Assembly (NCBI GenBank): GCA_964568425.1
Contig: CAZMPO010000004.1
Span: 29,426 to 93,425, forward strand
From: an uncultured Lachnospiraceae bacterium
GTDB taxonomy: Bacteria > Bacillota > Clostridia > Oscillospirales > CAG-272
Reading direction: 5' to 3'
Length of the DNA: 64,000 nt
The position numbers and the translations under genes are program-made. Positions 1 through 8,744 of this stretch are shown piece by piece; positions within the stretch are counted from its first letter, which is position 1, and every line of letters begins with the position of its first letter. Below the pieces are notes generated by a model. The model had not been told where the DNA came from. It worked only from the letters and a program-made list of their open reading frames with translations, and ran no database searches.

Positions 1-1
1 C

Positions 2-355
2 TTCCGCGTCAACTATGCCGGCAACCTCGAGAATGTACCGCTCACTATCGATTCTATCGATACCGTTGAGGCAAAGGGTGAGACCTCTGTGGATGTTGTT
101 TCCGTCGCATATAACACCACGTTCGATATCGAGATGTTCCTCGATGTCAACAAGGATGGCGAATTCAATATCCATGATATGTACGTCATCTACAACATCA
201 TCACCGGCGAGTCGTCGATCGAGTATACTGCTCTCGTTGACCTCGACAGAGATGGTGAGATCACGATGGTTGACTATCTTGCAATCTTCGATCACTATAT
301 CGGAAGCGTTACCTATGAACAGCTTGTAGGTCGCGCACCTATGGACGCAGAATGA
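2..355 (+). CDS. Dockerin-domain protein, C-terminal part (5'-truncated by window edge)
   Basis: Frame is open from position 2 (FRVNYAGNLENVPLT...). Two Ca-binding dockerin/EF-hand repeats: LDVNKDGEFNIHD and VDLDRDGEITMVD. Confidence 0.8.
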   Translation, partial: FRVNYAGNLENVPLTIDSIDTVEAKGETSVDVVSVAYNTTFDIEMFLDVNKDGEFNIHDMYVIYNIITGESSIEYTALVDLDRDGEITMVDYLAIFDHYIGSVTYEQLVGRAPMDAE

Positions 356-391
356 TTCTGTGCTCAGATTAGGATATAGGAGGATTATGAA

Positions 392-1699
392 GTGAAAAGA
401 ACAAAGCTTATAACCCTGTTGCTCGTCATCGTTGCAGTGTTTGCGCTTTCGATTTCGGCATCCGCCTCCGAACCTGTAGAGGTTGCTGATCCTGATCTTG
501 CTTTCACGGCGGAGGCTCCCTCCGTCGTGTCAGCAGGCGGCACCGTTACCGTAAATGTAAATGTCCCTGTAAACGCAGGCTTTACATGGGCACAGGTCAC
601 AATGACATATGACGCCGATGTCCTTACTTATGTCGAAGACAAAGACGATCCGAATTATTCAACAGAAGGCACACAGTTTCCTTCGGCAGTTAAGGTTGCA
701 ACAAAATCCGGAGATAGAATCGTCATCACGATCGGTACGATCCCCGGATTCAGTAAGACCCTTTATGAACAGACCGGTTTTGTTGTCGCTGTAACATTCA
801 ATGTTGCCGAAGGCTACGAAAATGTAACAAACGTTAATCTCTCTACTTCAACGAAAAATATCGTTGACGCAGATGGTAAACCCGATAACTTGACCGTTTC
901 CACCAGCGGTTGTGTACTTAAAGTTGTCGATTGGGCAACGCACGTTCATACCGAGGTTGTCGATGCAGCTGTTATACGCACCTGCACTGAACCCGGCAGA
1001 ACCGCCGGTACTCACTGCTCTTATTGTGAGAAACTTGTTAAGCTTCAACTTGATCTCCCGCCTCTTGGACATCAGACAGTTGTTGACGAGGCTGCCGATC
1101 CCACTTGTACAGAAACAGGTCTTACCGAAGGTAGCCACTGTGCAAGGTGCGGCGAGGTTTTCGTCGCTCAGGAAGTAGTTCCTGCATACGGACACACCGA
1201 GGAAGTAATTCCCGGTAAAGCTCCTACTTGCACTGAACCCGGTCTCACCGAGGGCAAAAAGTGCTCAGTCTGCGGTACACTCCTTGTCGCACAGCTTCAG
1301 ACCAGACCTACACCTCATACCGCTTCTGATGAGTGGGAATTTGACGCTGACAAGCATTGGCATGTCTGCGCAAATTGCGACGAAAAGTTTGACGAGGCTG
1401 ATCATGTTCTTTCGGACGATGGTCACTGCGAATGTGGCTATTATGTGTCTACATTCATCTACGGTGACGCAAATGGCGATGGTAAGGTCAACTCAGCTGA
1501 TATCATTCTGATCAAGAAGTATGTTGCAAACTTTGATAAGTCGACCGGAACATCGACCGTTGAGGTTTCTCTCGGTGCGGATGCGAATGGCGACGGCAAG
1601 ATTAACAGCAGTGATATCATTCTTCTTAAGAAATATATCGCAAACCTTGACACTGACGGCAATTCGTCCGTAGTTCTTGGTCCTGCAAAAGAAGCTTGA
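392..1699 (+). CDS. Secreted cohesin-like + Cys/His repeat + dockerin protein
   Basis: AGGAGG RBS at 378-383 and a signal peptide (ASA). Cohesin-like beta domain (GGTVTVNVNV...MTYDADVLTY...VTFNV), three 41-aa H...TC...G..C..C repeats, then a duplicated dockerin GDANGDGKVNSAD / ADANGDGKINSSD. Confidence 0.85.
   Translation: MKRTKLITLLLVIVAVFALSISASASEPVEVADPDLAFTAEAPSVVSAGGTVTVNVNVPVNAGFTWAQVTMTYDADVLTYVEDKDDPNYSTEGTQFPSAVKVATKSGDRIVITIGTIPGFSKTLYEQTGFVVAVTFNVAEGYENVTNVNLSTSTKNIVDADGKPDNLTVSTSGCVLKVVDWATHVHTEVVDAAVIRTCTEPGRTAGTHCSYCEKLVKLQLDLPPLGHQTVVDEAADPTCTETGLTEGSHCARCGEVFVAQEVVPAYGHTEEVIPGKAPTCTEPGLTEGKKCSVCGTLLVAQLQTRPTPHTASDEWEFDADKHWHVCANCDEKFDEADHVLSDDGHCECGYYVSTFIYGDANGDGKVNSADIILIKKYVANFDKSTGTSTVEVSLGADANGDGKINSSDIILLKKYIANLDTDGNSSVVLGPAKEA
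947..1315 (+). repeat. Three tandem ~123-bp coding repeats (Cys/His-rich module)
   Basis: HTEVVDAAVIRTCTEPGRTAGTHCSYC / HQTVVDEAADPTCTETGLTEGSHCARC / HTEEVIPGKAPTCTEPGLTEGKKCSVC with a 41-aa period. Confidence 0.85.
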
Positions 1700-1707
1700 T
1701 CAAAACA

Positions 1708-1749
1708 ATAAAACAAAAAACCTCCTTTTTAGGAGGTTTTTTGTTTTAT
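1708..1749. terminator. Bidirectional intrinsic terminator
   Basis: Perfect inverted repeat ATAAAACAAAAAACCTCCT-TTTT-AGGAGGTTTTTTGTTTTAT between convergent genes. Confidence 0.9.
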
Positions 1750-1756
1750 GGAATAA

Positions 1757-2596
1757 TTACTTATCAAAATGTTTGTTGACGAGTACAAAAGCGATAATAT
1801 ATACCGCCGCGGTGCATGCGTTTGATATAAATGCAAGCGGAAATGTTGTGATGTTCATTAAGGCGTCGATCGTCGTCAGTGCCGAGCATATCCCGCAAAT
1901 GAGCATCCAAACCTTCGCACCTTTCACACTTACAAGCGAGTTGTCGTTGTTTCCTGCCGATATGTAAAGAGATTTTGCAAATTTGTGCATTTTTCCGATA
2001 CCAAGCACATTGACAAGCGCGACCACGATAGCGGCAAGTATAAGTACTATGCCTATCGCCACGATTACGATTGCCAGCATCTCGGATCCGAAATCTATCG
2101 TGTTAAGAAAGCTGTTGAACGCATATTCGAATTCATCAAACTCGTAGATTATGTTGAGTTCCCTAAGCAGGTCTTTTATTTCGCCCATCGAAGCTGCGAT
2201 CACGCCGGAAAGTGCTGTTACCAAAATACCGGAGAATGTCATAAGCCCGAACAGAACCCAGTCGATGATATATGACGCCCAGATCGTTCCGCTAATTCTG
2301 CGCATGCTGTCAATGTCGATTTGATCTTTGCGCCCCTTTGCCCACACCATCCACAAAAAGATCGTGAACAGTATGCCGAGCAGATTAAGATTTCCGCTAA
2401 ACAGACCCGTACCGACCGCTATCGTTTCGAGTATGCACAGAACCAGGAAAACATCGTCCTTCAGCATCGCAAGTGCCTTGTCACGAACGGTCGGAGTCGG
2501 CGGCGTAAACATCTGATCTGCGGCTGTATCCTTGCCGCATGCAGGGCAGAATCTGAACGTTCCATCCTCTTCATATCCGCAATTATTGCATTTCAT
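1757..2596 (-). CDS. Zinc-ribbon (CxxC..CxxC) multi-pass membrane protein
   Basis: N-terminus MKCNNCG...FCPACG followed by several hydrophobic helices. GGGAGG RBS precedes the ATG at 2596; TTGATT-17-TATAAT promoter at 2663-2635. Confidence 0.8.
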   Translation of the reverse strand: MKCNNCGYEEDGTFRFCPACGKDTAADQMFTPPTPTVRDKALAMLKDDVFLVLCILETIAVGTGLFSGNLNLLGILFTIFLWMVWAKGRKDQIDIDSMRRISGTIWASYIIDWVLFGLMTFSGILVTALSGVIAASMGEIKDLLRELNIIYEFDEFEYAFNSFLNTIDFGSEMLAIVIVAIGIVLILAAIVVALVNVLGIGKMHKFAKSLYISAGNNDNSLVSVKGAKVWMLICGICSALTTIDALMNITTFPLAFISNACTAAVYIIAFVLVNKHFDK

Positions 2597-2671
2597 TTCT
2601 AAACCCTCCCGAAATGTCTTATTATTGCACTCCAATTATACCATAAAAATTATAATAAATCAAGTGTTTTA

Positions 2672-3028
2672 TTATAATTTGTCTGATTTTTCGGATTTTT
2701 CTTCGTCAATGTAAATGGCGGAGATGTCCCCCATGAAGATCAGCTTGCCGTCGATCTTGATCGTCTGAAATGTCAGATCGATCGCACCTATTCTTCCGCT
2801 TTCCGCAACATAACGCCGTCCGTCGTAATATCTCACGCACGCCTGCATCCCGACGCGCGCCGCGAGCAGGCGATCGTTTATTTGTGCGGCGACATAATCG
2901 GACAACTCGATCCGCTCCTCGACCTTGTCTGCCTCGATGCGCCTGAGGGTAGGGGATAACTCCGGCAGAGCGGCGTATGGTGCGAACTGCTTTGCCCGCT
3001 CGGGGATCGGCATCTTTTTTCTATTCAC
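2672..3028 (-). CDS. YolD-like protein (partner of Y-family polymerase)
   Basis: Motif ERAKQFAPYAAL; overlaps the 3' end of the Y-polymerase gene. Confidence 0.85.
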   Translation of the reverse strand: MNRKKMPIPERAKQFAPYAALPELSPTLRRIEADKVEERIELSDYVAAQINDRLLAARVGMQACVRYYDGRRYVAESGRIGAIDLTFQTIKIDGKLIFMGDISAIYIDEEKSEKSDKL

Positions 3029-4292
3029 CGCTCTTGTGACCTCCTATTTGTGAGTTTCGCTCACGCATCGTCGCCTCGGGCTCGAAGCTGACCATCTTTA
3101 ACACCGAATTTTTGCCAAATCGCTTTTTTATCGACAAAATCGTCGTTTGAAGTCGCCTTTCGCGTTCAAGTGCGGCAATATCGGTAAAAAGATCGTATTC
3201 TATATCAACATCTCTCGTCAGTCGGCAGAATGCGATGCTGATCTTGCGTATCTTTGCTGATCTGTCAACGATCTTTTCATAAAGCTCCATAAAGGTCGAT
3301 ATCAGCACGCTGGCGGCACTTGTCGGGCTCGGAAGCGTAAGACTGCCATGCGAGTTTTCGACCCTGTATCGCGTAGAATAGCCGATGTCGAGCATGACGC
3401 ACCGCACGAGCACGCCTCTTTCGATAAGCGACAGCGCAAGATTGTCGACCATCTCCTTGATGATCGTTTTCGCCTCGTCATAACTGTAGTCGCGCGGCAG
3501 GACTTGCCCCGATGATATCGAGCTTGTTTGGGGCGAATACGCCTTTATGTCCGCAATTGATGTCGGCTCGCGTCCCCACGCGTGATCGATCAGCAGTTCG
3601 CCGTCAATGCCGAATAACTTGTATATGAGATCCTCGGGTGCTCTCGCGATGTCCCCCATCGTGTATATCAGATGCTTTTCGAGCCTTGCCGCAGTTCCCG
3701 ACCCGACTCGCCAAAAATCGGTCAGCGGACGGTGCTCCCACAAGGTCTCCTTGTAAATTTCCTCATCTAAGTACCCGATGAAGCTTGGCGAATGCTTTGC
3801 CATGATGTCGAGCGCGATCTTGGCAAGATACATATTTGTCCCGATCCCGCAGGTCGCACGAACGCCGATTTTCTCATAAATTTCGTTCATGATAAAATCG
3901 GCAAGCTCCCATGGTGATTTTCCGTATAGCGACAGATAATGCGTCGCGTCGATGAATACCTCGTCGATCGAATAAATGTGCATGTCGCTTGCCGAAAAAT
4001 ATTTAAGATAAAGGCTGTATATGCGCGCCGAATAATCGATGTACAGCTTCATTCGGGGCGGTGCGGTGATGTAATTTATTGATTTCGGTATTTCATAGAC
4101 CCTGCATCTGTTTCTCACTCCCAGAGCCTTCATCGCGGGCGTGACAGCCAGACATATCGTCCCCTCGGTCCGCTCGGGATCGGCAACCACAAGCAATGTC
4201 TTCATCGGATCGAGTCCGCGCTCAACGCATTCGACCGATGCAAAAAATGATTTTAGGTCTATCACAAAATATGTTTTGTCTTCACCGCTCAT
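3021..4292 (-). CDS. Y-family (ImpB/MucB/SamB, UmuC-like) translesion DNA polymerase
   Basis: IDLKSFFASVEC, YSIDEVFID and C-terminal RERNSQIGGH. GAGGAGGTG RBS precedes the ATG at 4292. Confidence 0.92.
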   Translation of the reverse strand: MSGEDKTYFVIDLKSFFASVECVERGLDPMKTLLVVADPERTEGTICLAVTPAMKALGVRNRCRVYEIPKSINYITAPPRMKLYIDYSARIYSLYLKYFSASDMHIYSIDEVFIDATHYLSLYGKSPWELADFIMNEIYEKIGVRATCGIGTNMYLAKIALDIMAKHSPSFIGYLDEEIYKETLWEHRPLTDFWRVGSGTAARLEKHLIYTMGDIARAPEDLIYKLFGIDGELLIDHAWGREPTSIADIKAYSPQTSSISSGQVLPRDYSYDEAKTIIKEMVDNLALSLIERGVLVRCVMLDIGYSTRYRVENSHGSLTLPSPTSAASVLISTFMELYEKIVDRSAKIRKISIAFCRLTRDVDIEYDLFTDIAALERERRLQTTILSIKKRFGKNSVLKMVSFEPEATMRERNSQIGGHKSGE

Positions 4293-4328
4293 GATAACCT
4301 CACCTCCTCGGACGCTCTCTTTATATAT

Positions 4329-4370
4329 ATTATACCACATATATCGCAAAATGTCAAGAACAAATGTTCG
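4329..4370 (-). promoter_or_regulatory. Sigma-A promoter with overlapping LexA (SOS) box
   Basis: Minus strand TTGACA (4357-4352), 17 bp, TG-N-TATAAT (4334-4329). CGAACATTTGTTCT (4370-4357) matches the Firmicutes GAAC-N4-GTTC box and abuts the -35. Confidence 0.9.
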
Positions 4371-4382
4371 TAAAATTGCCTC

Positions 4383-4411
4383 TTGACAGATGGTAATTTT
4401 AGGTGTATAAT
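4383..4411 (+). promoter_or_regulatory. Sigma-A promoter for azlCD
   Basis: TTGACA-17-TATAAT consensus. Confidence 0.85.
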
Positions 4412-4453
4412 ATATAGTCGATAACCCCCAAAAACGGAGAAGATTTACAAATC

Positions 4454-5203
4454 ATGGCAGATAAAATTGATAAAATAATAGAAAAGAAAGAAAATTTTTC
4501 GGAATATACACGAGGCATGAAAAACGGCATACCGATCTGCCTCGGATATTTCGCGGTCTCGTTTTCGCTCGGTCTTGCCGCAGGACGGTCGGGGTTTGAT
4601 GTCTTTTCGGCATCGCTCTCAAGCTTGCTCCTGAACGCATCAGCCGGCGGATACGCGCTCTTTTCGGCGTTCGCGGGCGGTGTCGGCTATCTCCAGACCG
4701 CCCTGTCGATCGCCGTTGCAAATATGCGATATCTCCTCATGTCGTGTGCGCTGTCCGAAAAGCTCGACGGGCGGACGAAAACCTGGCATAGAGCTTTGCT
4801 TGGATTTGCGGTGACCGATGAGATGTTCGGCATCGGCATCATGCAGAGCAAAAAGCTGAATCCCTATTTTTACCTCGGAATGATGACCCTCGCCGTGCCC
4901 GGATGGTGTGTCGGAACGGGCGTGGGCGTCGCGGTGGGGAATATAATCGGCGTGAAGCTCCAAAGCGCGCTCGGTGTGAGCCTCTACGGAATGTTTGTCG
5001 CATCTGTAGTTCCCGCAGCCAAGCGAAACGCCAAAATTGCCGCCGTCGTTTTGACATCGGCGATCTTGTCACTCGTTTTTTCGCTGTTGCCGATTCTCAG
5101 CACACTGTCCGAGAGCATCAGAGTGATCATTCTGACAGTGATCATCGCGGCCGGTGCGGCGATCCTGTTTCCGATAAAGGAGGAGAATGCAAATGAACAT
5201 TGA
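4454..5203 (+). CDS. azlC: AzlC-family branched-chain amino acid exporter subunit
   Basis: GIPICLGYF, NMRYLLMS and VTDEMFG motifs; hydrophobic profile. Confidence 0.88.
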   Translation: MADKIDKIIEKKENFSEYTRGMKNGIPICLGYFAVSFSLGLAAGRSGFDVFSASLSSLLLNASAGGYALFSAFAGGVGYLQTALSIAVANMRYLLMSCALSEKLDGRTKTWHRALLGFAVTDEMFGIGIMQSKKLNPYFYLGMMTLAVPGWCVGTGVGVAVGNIIGVKLQSALGVSLYGMFVASVVPAAKRNAKIAAVVLTSAILSLVFSLLPILSTLSESIRVIILTVIIAAGAAILFPIKEENANEH

Positions 5204-5498
5204 ACTTTATATGTATATTCTCGTCGCGGCTGCTGTAACATATGTCATCCGCATTTTGCCGCTGACACTTATCAAAAAGCCGATAAAGAACAAATTTATC
5301 CGCTCGTTTCTCTACTATCTGCCATATGTGACGCTTACGGTAATGGCATTTCCCGCAATCATACACGCAACCTCGTCACCGATCTCGGGACTCATCGCAC
5401 TCGCCGTCGGCGTTGTCACCGCACTCTTTTCAGGAAATTTGTTTATCGTCTCGGCGGCATCCTGCGTCAGCGTGCTTCTTGTTGAACTTTTTATATAA
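5193..5498 (+). CDS. azlD: AzlD-domain protein
   Basis: VTYVIRILP...FLYYLPY; overlaps azlC; AGGAGG RBS. Confidence 0.85.
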   Translation: MNIELYMYILVAAAVTYVIRILPLTLIKKPIKNKFIRSFLYYLPYVTLTVMAFPAIIHATSSPISGLIALAVGVVTALFSGNLFIVSAASCVSVLLVELFI

Positions 5499-5503
5499 AG
5501 ATC

Positions 5504-5725
5504 ATGCATGATATATGGAACCCGTGGCACGGATGCGGAAATGGCACATCGCTCGGGCATGAACTTTGTCGGCAGGGAAATAGATTGGAAGCTCACCGAT
5601 AAAATGGGCATACCGATCGAGCCTGTGAACTTCATGTCCCGTACTACGACAAAAACTGCTTTGACTGCGGCTCAAGACCGATCTGTAACGGCTGCTCGCA
5701 ATGCAAAAAATGTACGGCTCAATAA
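5504..5725 (+). pseudogene. DUF5131 (Gp37/Gp68-like) pseudogene with internal deletion and frameshift
   Basis: The frame from 5504 gives MHDIWNPWHGC, the family N-terminus. The +1 frame gives AEMAHRSGMNFVGREIDWKLTDKMGIPIE. The original frame from 5621 gives CELHVPYYDKNCFDCGSRPICNGCSQCKKC*. Family assignment is from recall, not from a search. Confidence 0.75.
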
Positions 5726-5762
5726 AAACCACCTTGCGGATCCAAATCCGCAAGGTGGTTTT
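5725..5762. terminator. Bidirectional terminator hairpin, copy 1 of a direct repeat
   Basis: 17-bp stem AAAACCACCTTGCGGAT-CCAA-ATCCGCAAGGTGGTTTT. Confidence 0.9.
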
Positions 5763-5856
5763 GTGTACAACATAATTTAGTTTGTGCGCCGAACCCGCCC
5801 GCGCAGGATCTAAATCACGCGGCGATCGTTGCTTGTGGGTGTTTTGCGATGTGCGA

Positions 5857-8625
5857 TTAGTTGCCTTGCTTGGTCAGCTGTTGATACATCTTCATAAGCT
5901 CAGCCACGCAGGTGCTTTCGGTCATGGTCTTTACATCAAACCCATACGCCTGCATAACGGCACGGTCGTTTGCTTGGTGTGCGCGACGTAATTCGGGCGG
6001 CATGGTGACCTCATCGTAGAGATCGGCAAGCGAGCAATCGGGATAGATCGCACGCGCGTCAAGAATTGCCTGCGCAGTCTGCTCGATCCTTGCTTTCTGT
6101 CCGTCGGTAGGTGTCGGCCATGGGAAGTTGTTGTAGACGATGTCTTTAGAATACCTGTAATCGCTTTTTAACCGCCCGCATACTGCACGCATCCAAGCCA
6201 TATGAACATTGGAGGTTAAAACGCCAAAGTGGTACAAAGATGCTTCATCAATATAATTGGTTGCGTTTGTATAGACAACTCCCTTGGTTAGATAGCCTAA
6301 CGGAATATACTTTCTCCGTTCAGATGATACTACCGGTACAAGTATACTGTTTCCCTTTGGAATATTTGCAATAAAATACATTGCAGGAGTGTCTTGCAAA
6401 GAGCGAGTGAGTTCAGCGTCACTGTTTTTTCTATATTCATATACCCGATTGACTCGTTCATAAATGCCTTTACAATTTTTAATAACACTCGGAGGGCAGT
6501 CCTGCAGATATAAACAATATTTTTTCTGGCGATTGTTCAAGAAAGCATCTGCATTGCAATATTCTAATATATATGGTGTTGCTTCTGGATAAATGCTAAG
6601 AAATTCTTCTTTTTCAGCTTTGGATTGAAAAATAAAATTTCCACCGTCAATGAGTTGAGACCCCTTCGTCATATGTGGTATTTGCGGAGATATTGGAGCT
6701 CTTCGCTTTGCCAAGAATACATTTGGAGAATCAATGAGATATGCATTTATGTTTTCAACTATTGTTTGTCGTTCTCTGGAAAACAGTATTTTCTGTTTTC
6801 TGTGTTTTTTTCCGTAGCCAATAATTACACAGTGTACTGCGGCTGTATCGTTGGATTGACTTTCCCATTTGAATGTACTATGAGCAAAATTGATGCAATA
6901 ATTCATATCAAAAATAGGTTGCCACAGCAATGGAACTTGTTCACCTTGCGAAATAGAATTTGTTGAAACGAAAGCAATTTCGACATTATACATGGTAGTA
7001 CAAAAAGTGGCCGCTTTTTTATACCAGCATGCTACATAATCCAATTTTCCTCCGTCTTTGCCAAGAATCATTTCTTTGTCTTTGCGCTGAGATGCATCGC
7101 ATAGTTTAGCCCCCACAAACGGCGGGTTGCCCATGATATAGTTCAGCTTATCCTTCGGCACGACGCTCTCCCAGTCAATGCGGAGCGCGTTGCCCTCTAT
7201 AATATTTGCGTAAGATTTCAGCGGCAGGAAATCAAGATTGACATTCATTATCTCCTCAGTCTCTTTCATCATCTGCGACTCGGCGATCCAAAGGGCTGTT
7301 TTGGCGACTGTCACGGCAAAATCATTGATCTCGATACCATAAAACTGACCGATAGATACCTTGATAATATCGCCGAAATTGAGAAGGATCTGCCCGTCGG
7401 TCACAAGTTCAAGAACTTCGTTCTCCAATCGGCGCAGAGACACATATGTTTCGGTCAAAAAATTGCCCGAGCCGCAGGCGGGGTCGAAAAATGTAAGTTT
7501 AGACAATTTCTCGCGGAACGCCTCGGCTCTGTCTTTTCGGATCTTGGGCACTTTCAGTGTCTTTATCTCAGCAAATTCTTCGCGAAGTTCGTCAAGAAAC
7601 AGAGGATCAATGACCTTATGTATATTTTTGACAGAGGTATAGTGCATACCTCCGCTGCGTCGGGTTTCGGGGTTCAATGTAGATTCAAACACCGCGCCAA
7701 AGATCGTGGGGCTGATCTGTGACCAATCGAAATCCTCGCTTGCCTTGCGGAGCAAAAGATCGACGATCTCCTGCGTAAAGTTGGGGATCTCAATATTTTC
7801 ATCGGCAAAAAGACCGCCGTTGACATAAGGGAAGGAAGCCAAAGTGTCATCCATATAAGGGTCGCGATCGGCGATTTTGGTATCAAGAACGCGGAACAGG
7901 TCGATCAGGGCACGGCGGACATCCTTGGGCGCAAACTCCTTGAGATAATTATGGAATTTAAGGTGGTCACCAAATATGCCCGCATCCTCGGCATAGAGGC
8001 AGAAAACAAGCCGCACACAAAGGATATTAAGGCTGTGAAGCGAAGACTTGTCGTCGGGCTTGATATACTGCTTCAAAATAGCTTCGTAAAGCCTTCCGAC
8101 AAGGTCACCGGCTTGGATGGAGATCTCTTCCTCGCGACGAATGAGTTCGCTCTTTTCTTCTGCAAGAAAATCAAATCGATAGTATTCCTTCGCAAGATCT
8201 CTAAGCATAATGCTTTCGGGTTCGCCGGTCGGTCTTTCCATATCATAGATGAGAAATTCCTCAAAGTTGCAGGTGACTATCCAGCGCGGACGCTGTGAAT
8301 AAGGCAGTGCGGCAGAATATCTTTGCGCTTGCTGAAACGGGGTGAGCAGGCTGCCGTCAGACTGTTTGATGGGGCTTCGAAGATTTAAGCCCTTCTTTTT
8401 CTGCTCAATAAGGACGTGAGTTGAAGGAATGTAGCAGTCAATAAAACTTGTATGATCAAGCTTTACGCGTTCCTCAAAGAAAATAAATTTTTCTGGCTCG
8501 GCAACACCGAGAATGTCGCGTACAAAGGACATCCAAAAGGGTTGGCTGTCGCTTTTTTCATCGCCGCGGTCTCTCCAATATTCACCAAAAGCCTTCGCGG
8601 CTTTCTTTCTGTCTGTTTCCGTCAT
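5857..8625 (-). CDS. MmeI-like Type IIL/IIG restriction-modification enzyme (fused endonuclease, N6A methyltransferase and TRD)
   Basis: N-terminal FID...VLIEQK nuclease motif, FPYVNGGLF, GMHYTS, FDPACGSGNF (motif I), GNPPF (motif IV), C-terminal VYNNFPWP and SLADLYD; 922 aa. Confidence 0.92.
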   Translation of the reverse strand: MTETDRKKAAKAFGEYWRDRGDEKSDSQPFWMSFVRDILGVAEPEKFIFFEERVKLDHTSFIDCYIPSTHVLIEQKKKGLNLRSPIKQSDGSLLTPFQQAQRYSAALPYSQRPRWIVTCNFEEFLIYDMERPTGEPESIMLRDLAKEYYRFDFLAEEKSELIRREEEISIQAGDLVGRLYEAILKQYIKPDDKSSLHSLNILCVRLVFCLYAEDAGIFGDHLKFHNYLKEFAPKDVRRALIDLFRVLDTKIADRDPYMDDTLASFPYVNGGLFADENIEIPNFTQEIVDLLLRKASEDFDWSQISPTIFGAVFESTLNPETRRSGGMHYTSVKNIHKVIDPLFLDELREEFAEIKTLKVPKIRKDRAEAFREKLSKLTFFDPACGSGNFLTETYVSLRRLENEVLELVTDGQILLNFGDIIKVSIGQFYGIEINDFAVTVAKTALWIAESQMMKETEEIMNVNLDFLPLKSYANIIEGNALRIDWESVVPKDKLNYIMGNPPFVGAKLCDASQRKDKEMILGKDGGKLDYVACWYKKAATFCTTMYNVEIAFVSTNSISQGEQVPLLWQPIFDMNYCINFAHSTFKWESQSNDTAAVHCVIIGYGKKHRKQKILFSRERQTIVENINAYLIDSPNVFLAKRRAPISPQIPHMTKGSQLIDGGNFIFQSKAEKEEFLSIYPEATPYILEYCNADAFLNNRQKKYCLYLQDCPPSVIKNCKGIYERVNRVYEYRKNSDAELTRSLQDTPAMYFIANIPKGNSILVPVVSSERRKYIPLGYLTKGVVYTNATNYIDEASLYHFGVLTSNVHMAWMRAVCGRLKSDYRYSKDIVYNNFPWPTPTDGQKARIEQTAQAILDARAIYPDCSLADLYDEVTMPPELRRAHQANDRAVMQAYGFDVKTMTESTCVAELMKMYQQLTKQGN

Positions 8626-8665
8626 TTTAACCTCGCAAAAGTGTCTGTGACTGTTTATTTCCTAC

Positions 8666-8694
8666 ATTATATCACACAACAAAGGAAAAATCAA
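8666..8694 (-). promoter_or_regulatory. Sigma-A promoter of the RM gene
   Basis: Minus strand TTGATT-17-(TG-N)TATAAT. Confidence 0.7.
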
Positions 8695-8744
8695 TAATTT
8701 TTCGAATTTTGCAAAAGGAAATTTGAGACACAGATATCTTCATC

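Noticed and set aside
387-395. ATG-AAG-TGA mini-ORF overlapping the GTG start at 392
   Set aside because: The ATG is only 3 bp from the RBS while the GTG has optimal spacing; no evidence of regulation.
5508-5780. 90-aa ORF as a real gene
   Set aside because: Only its middle matches the DUF5131 remnant; it then runs out of frame through the terminator.
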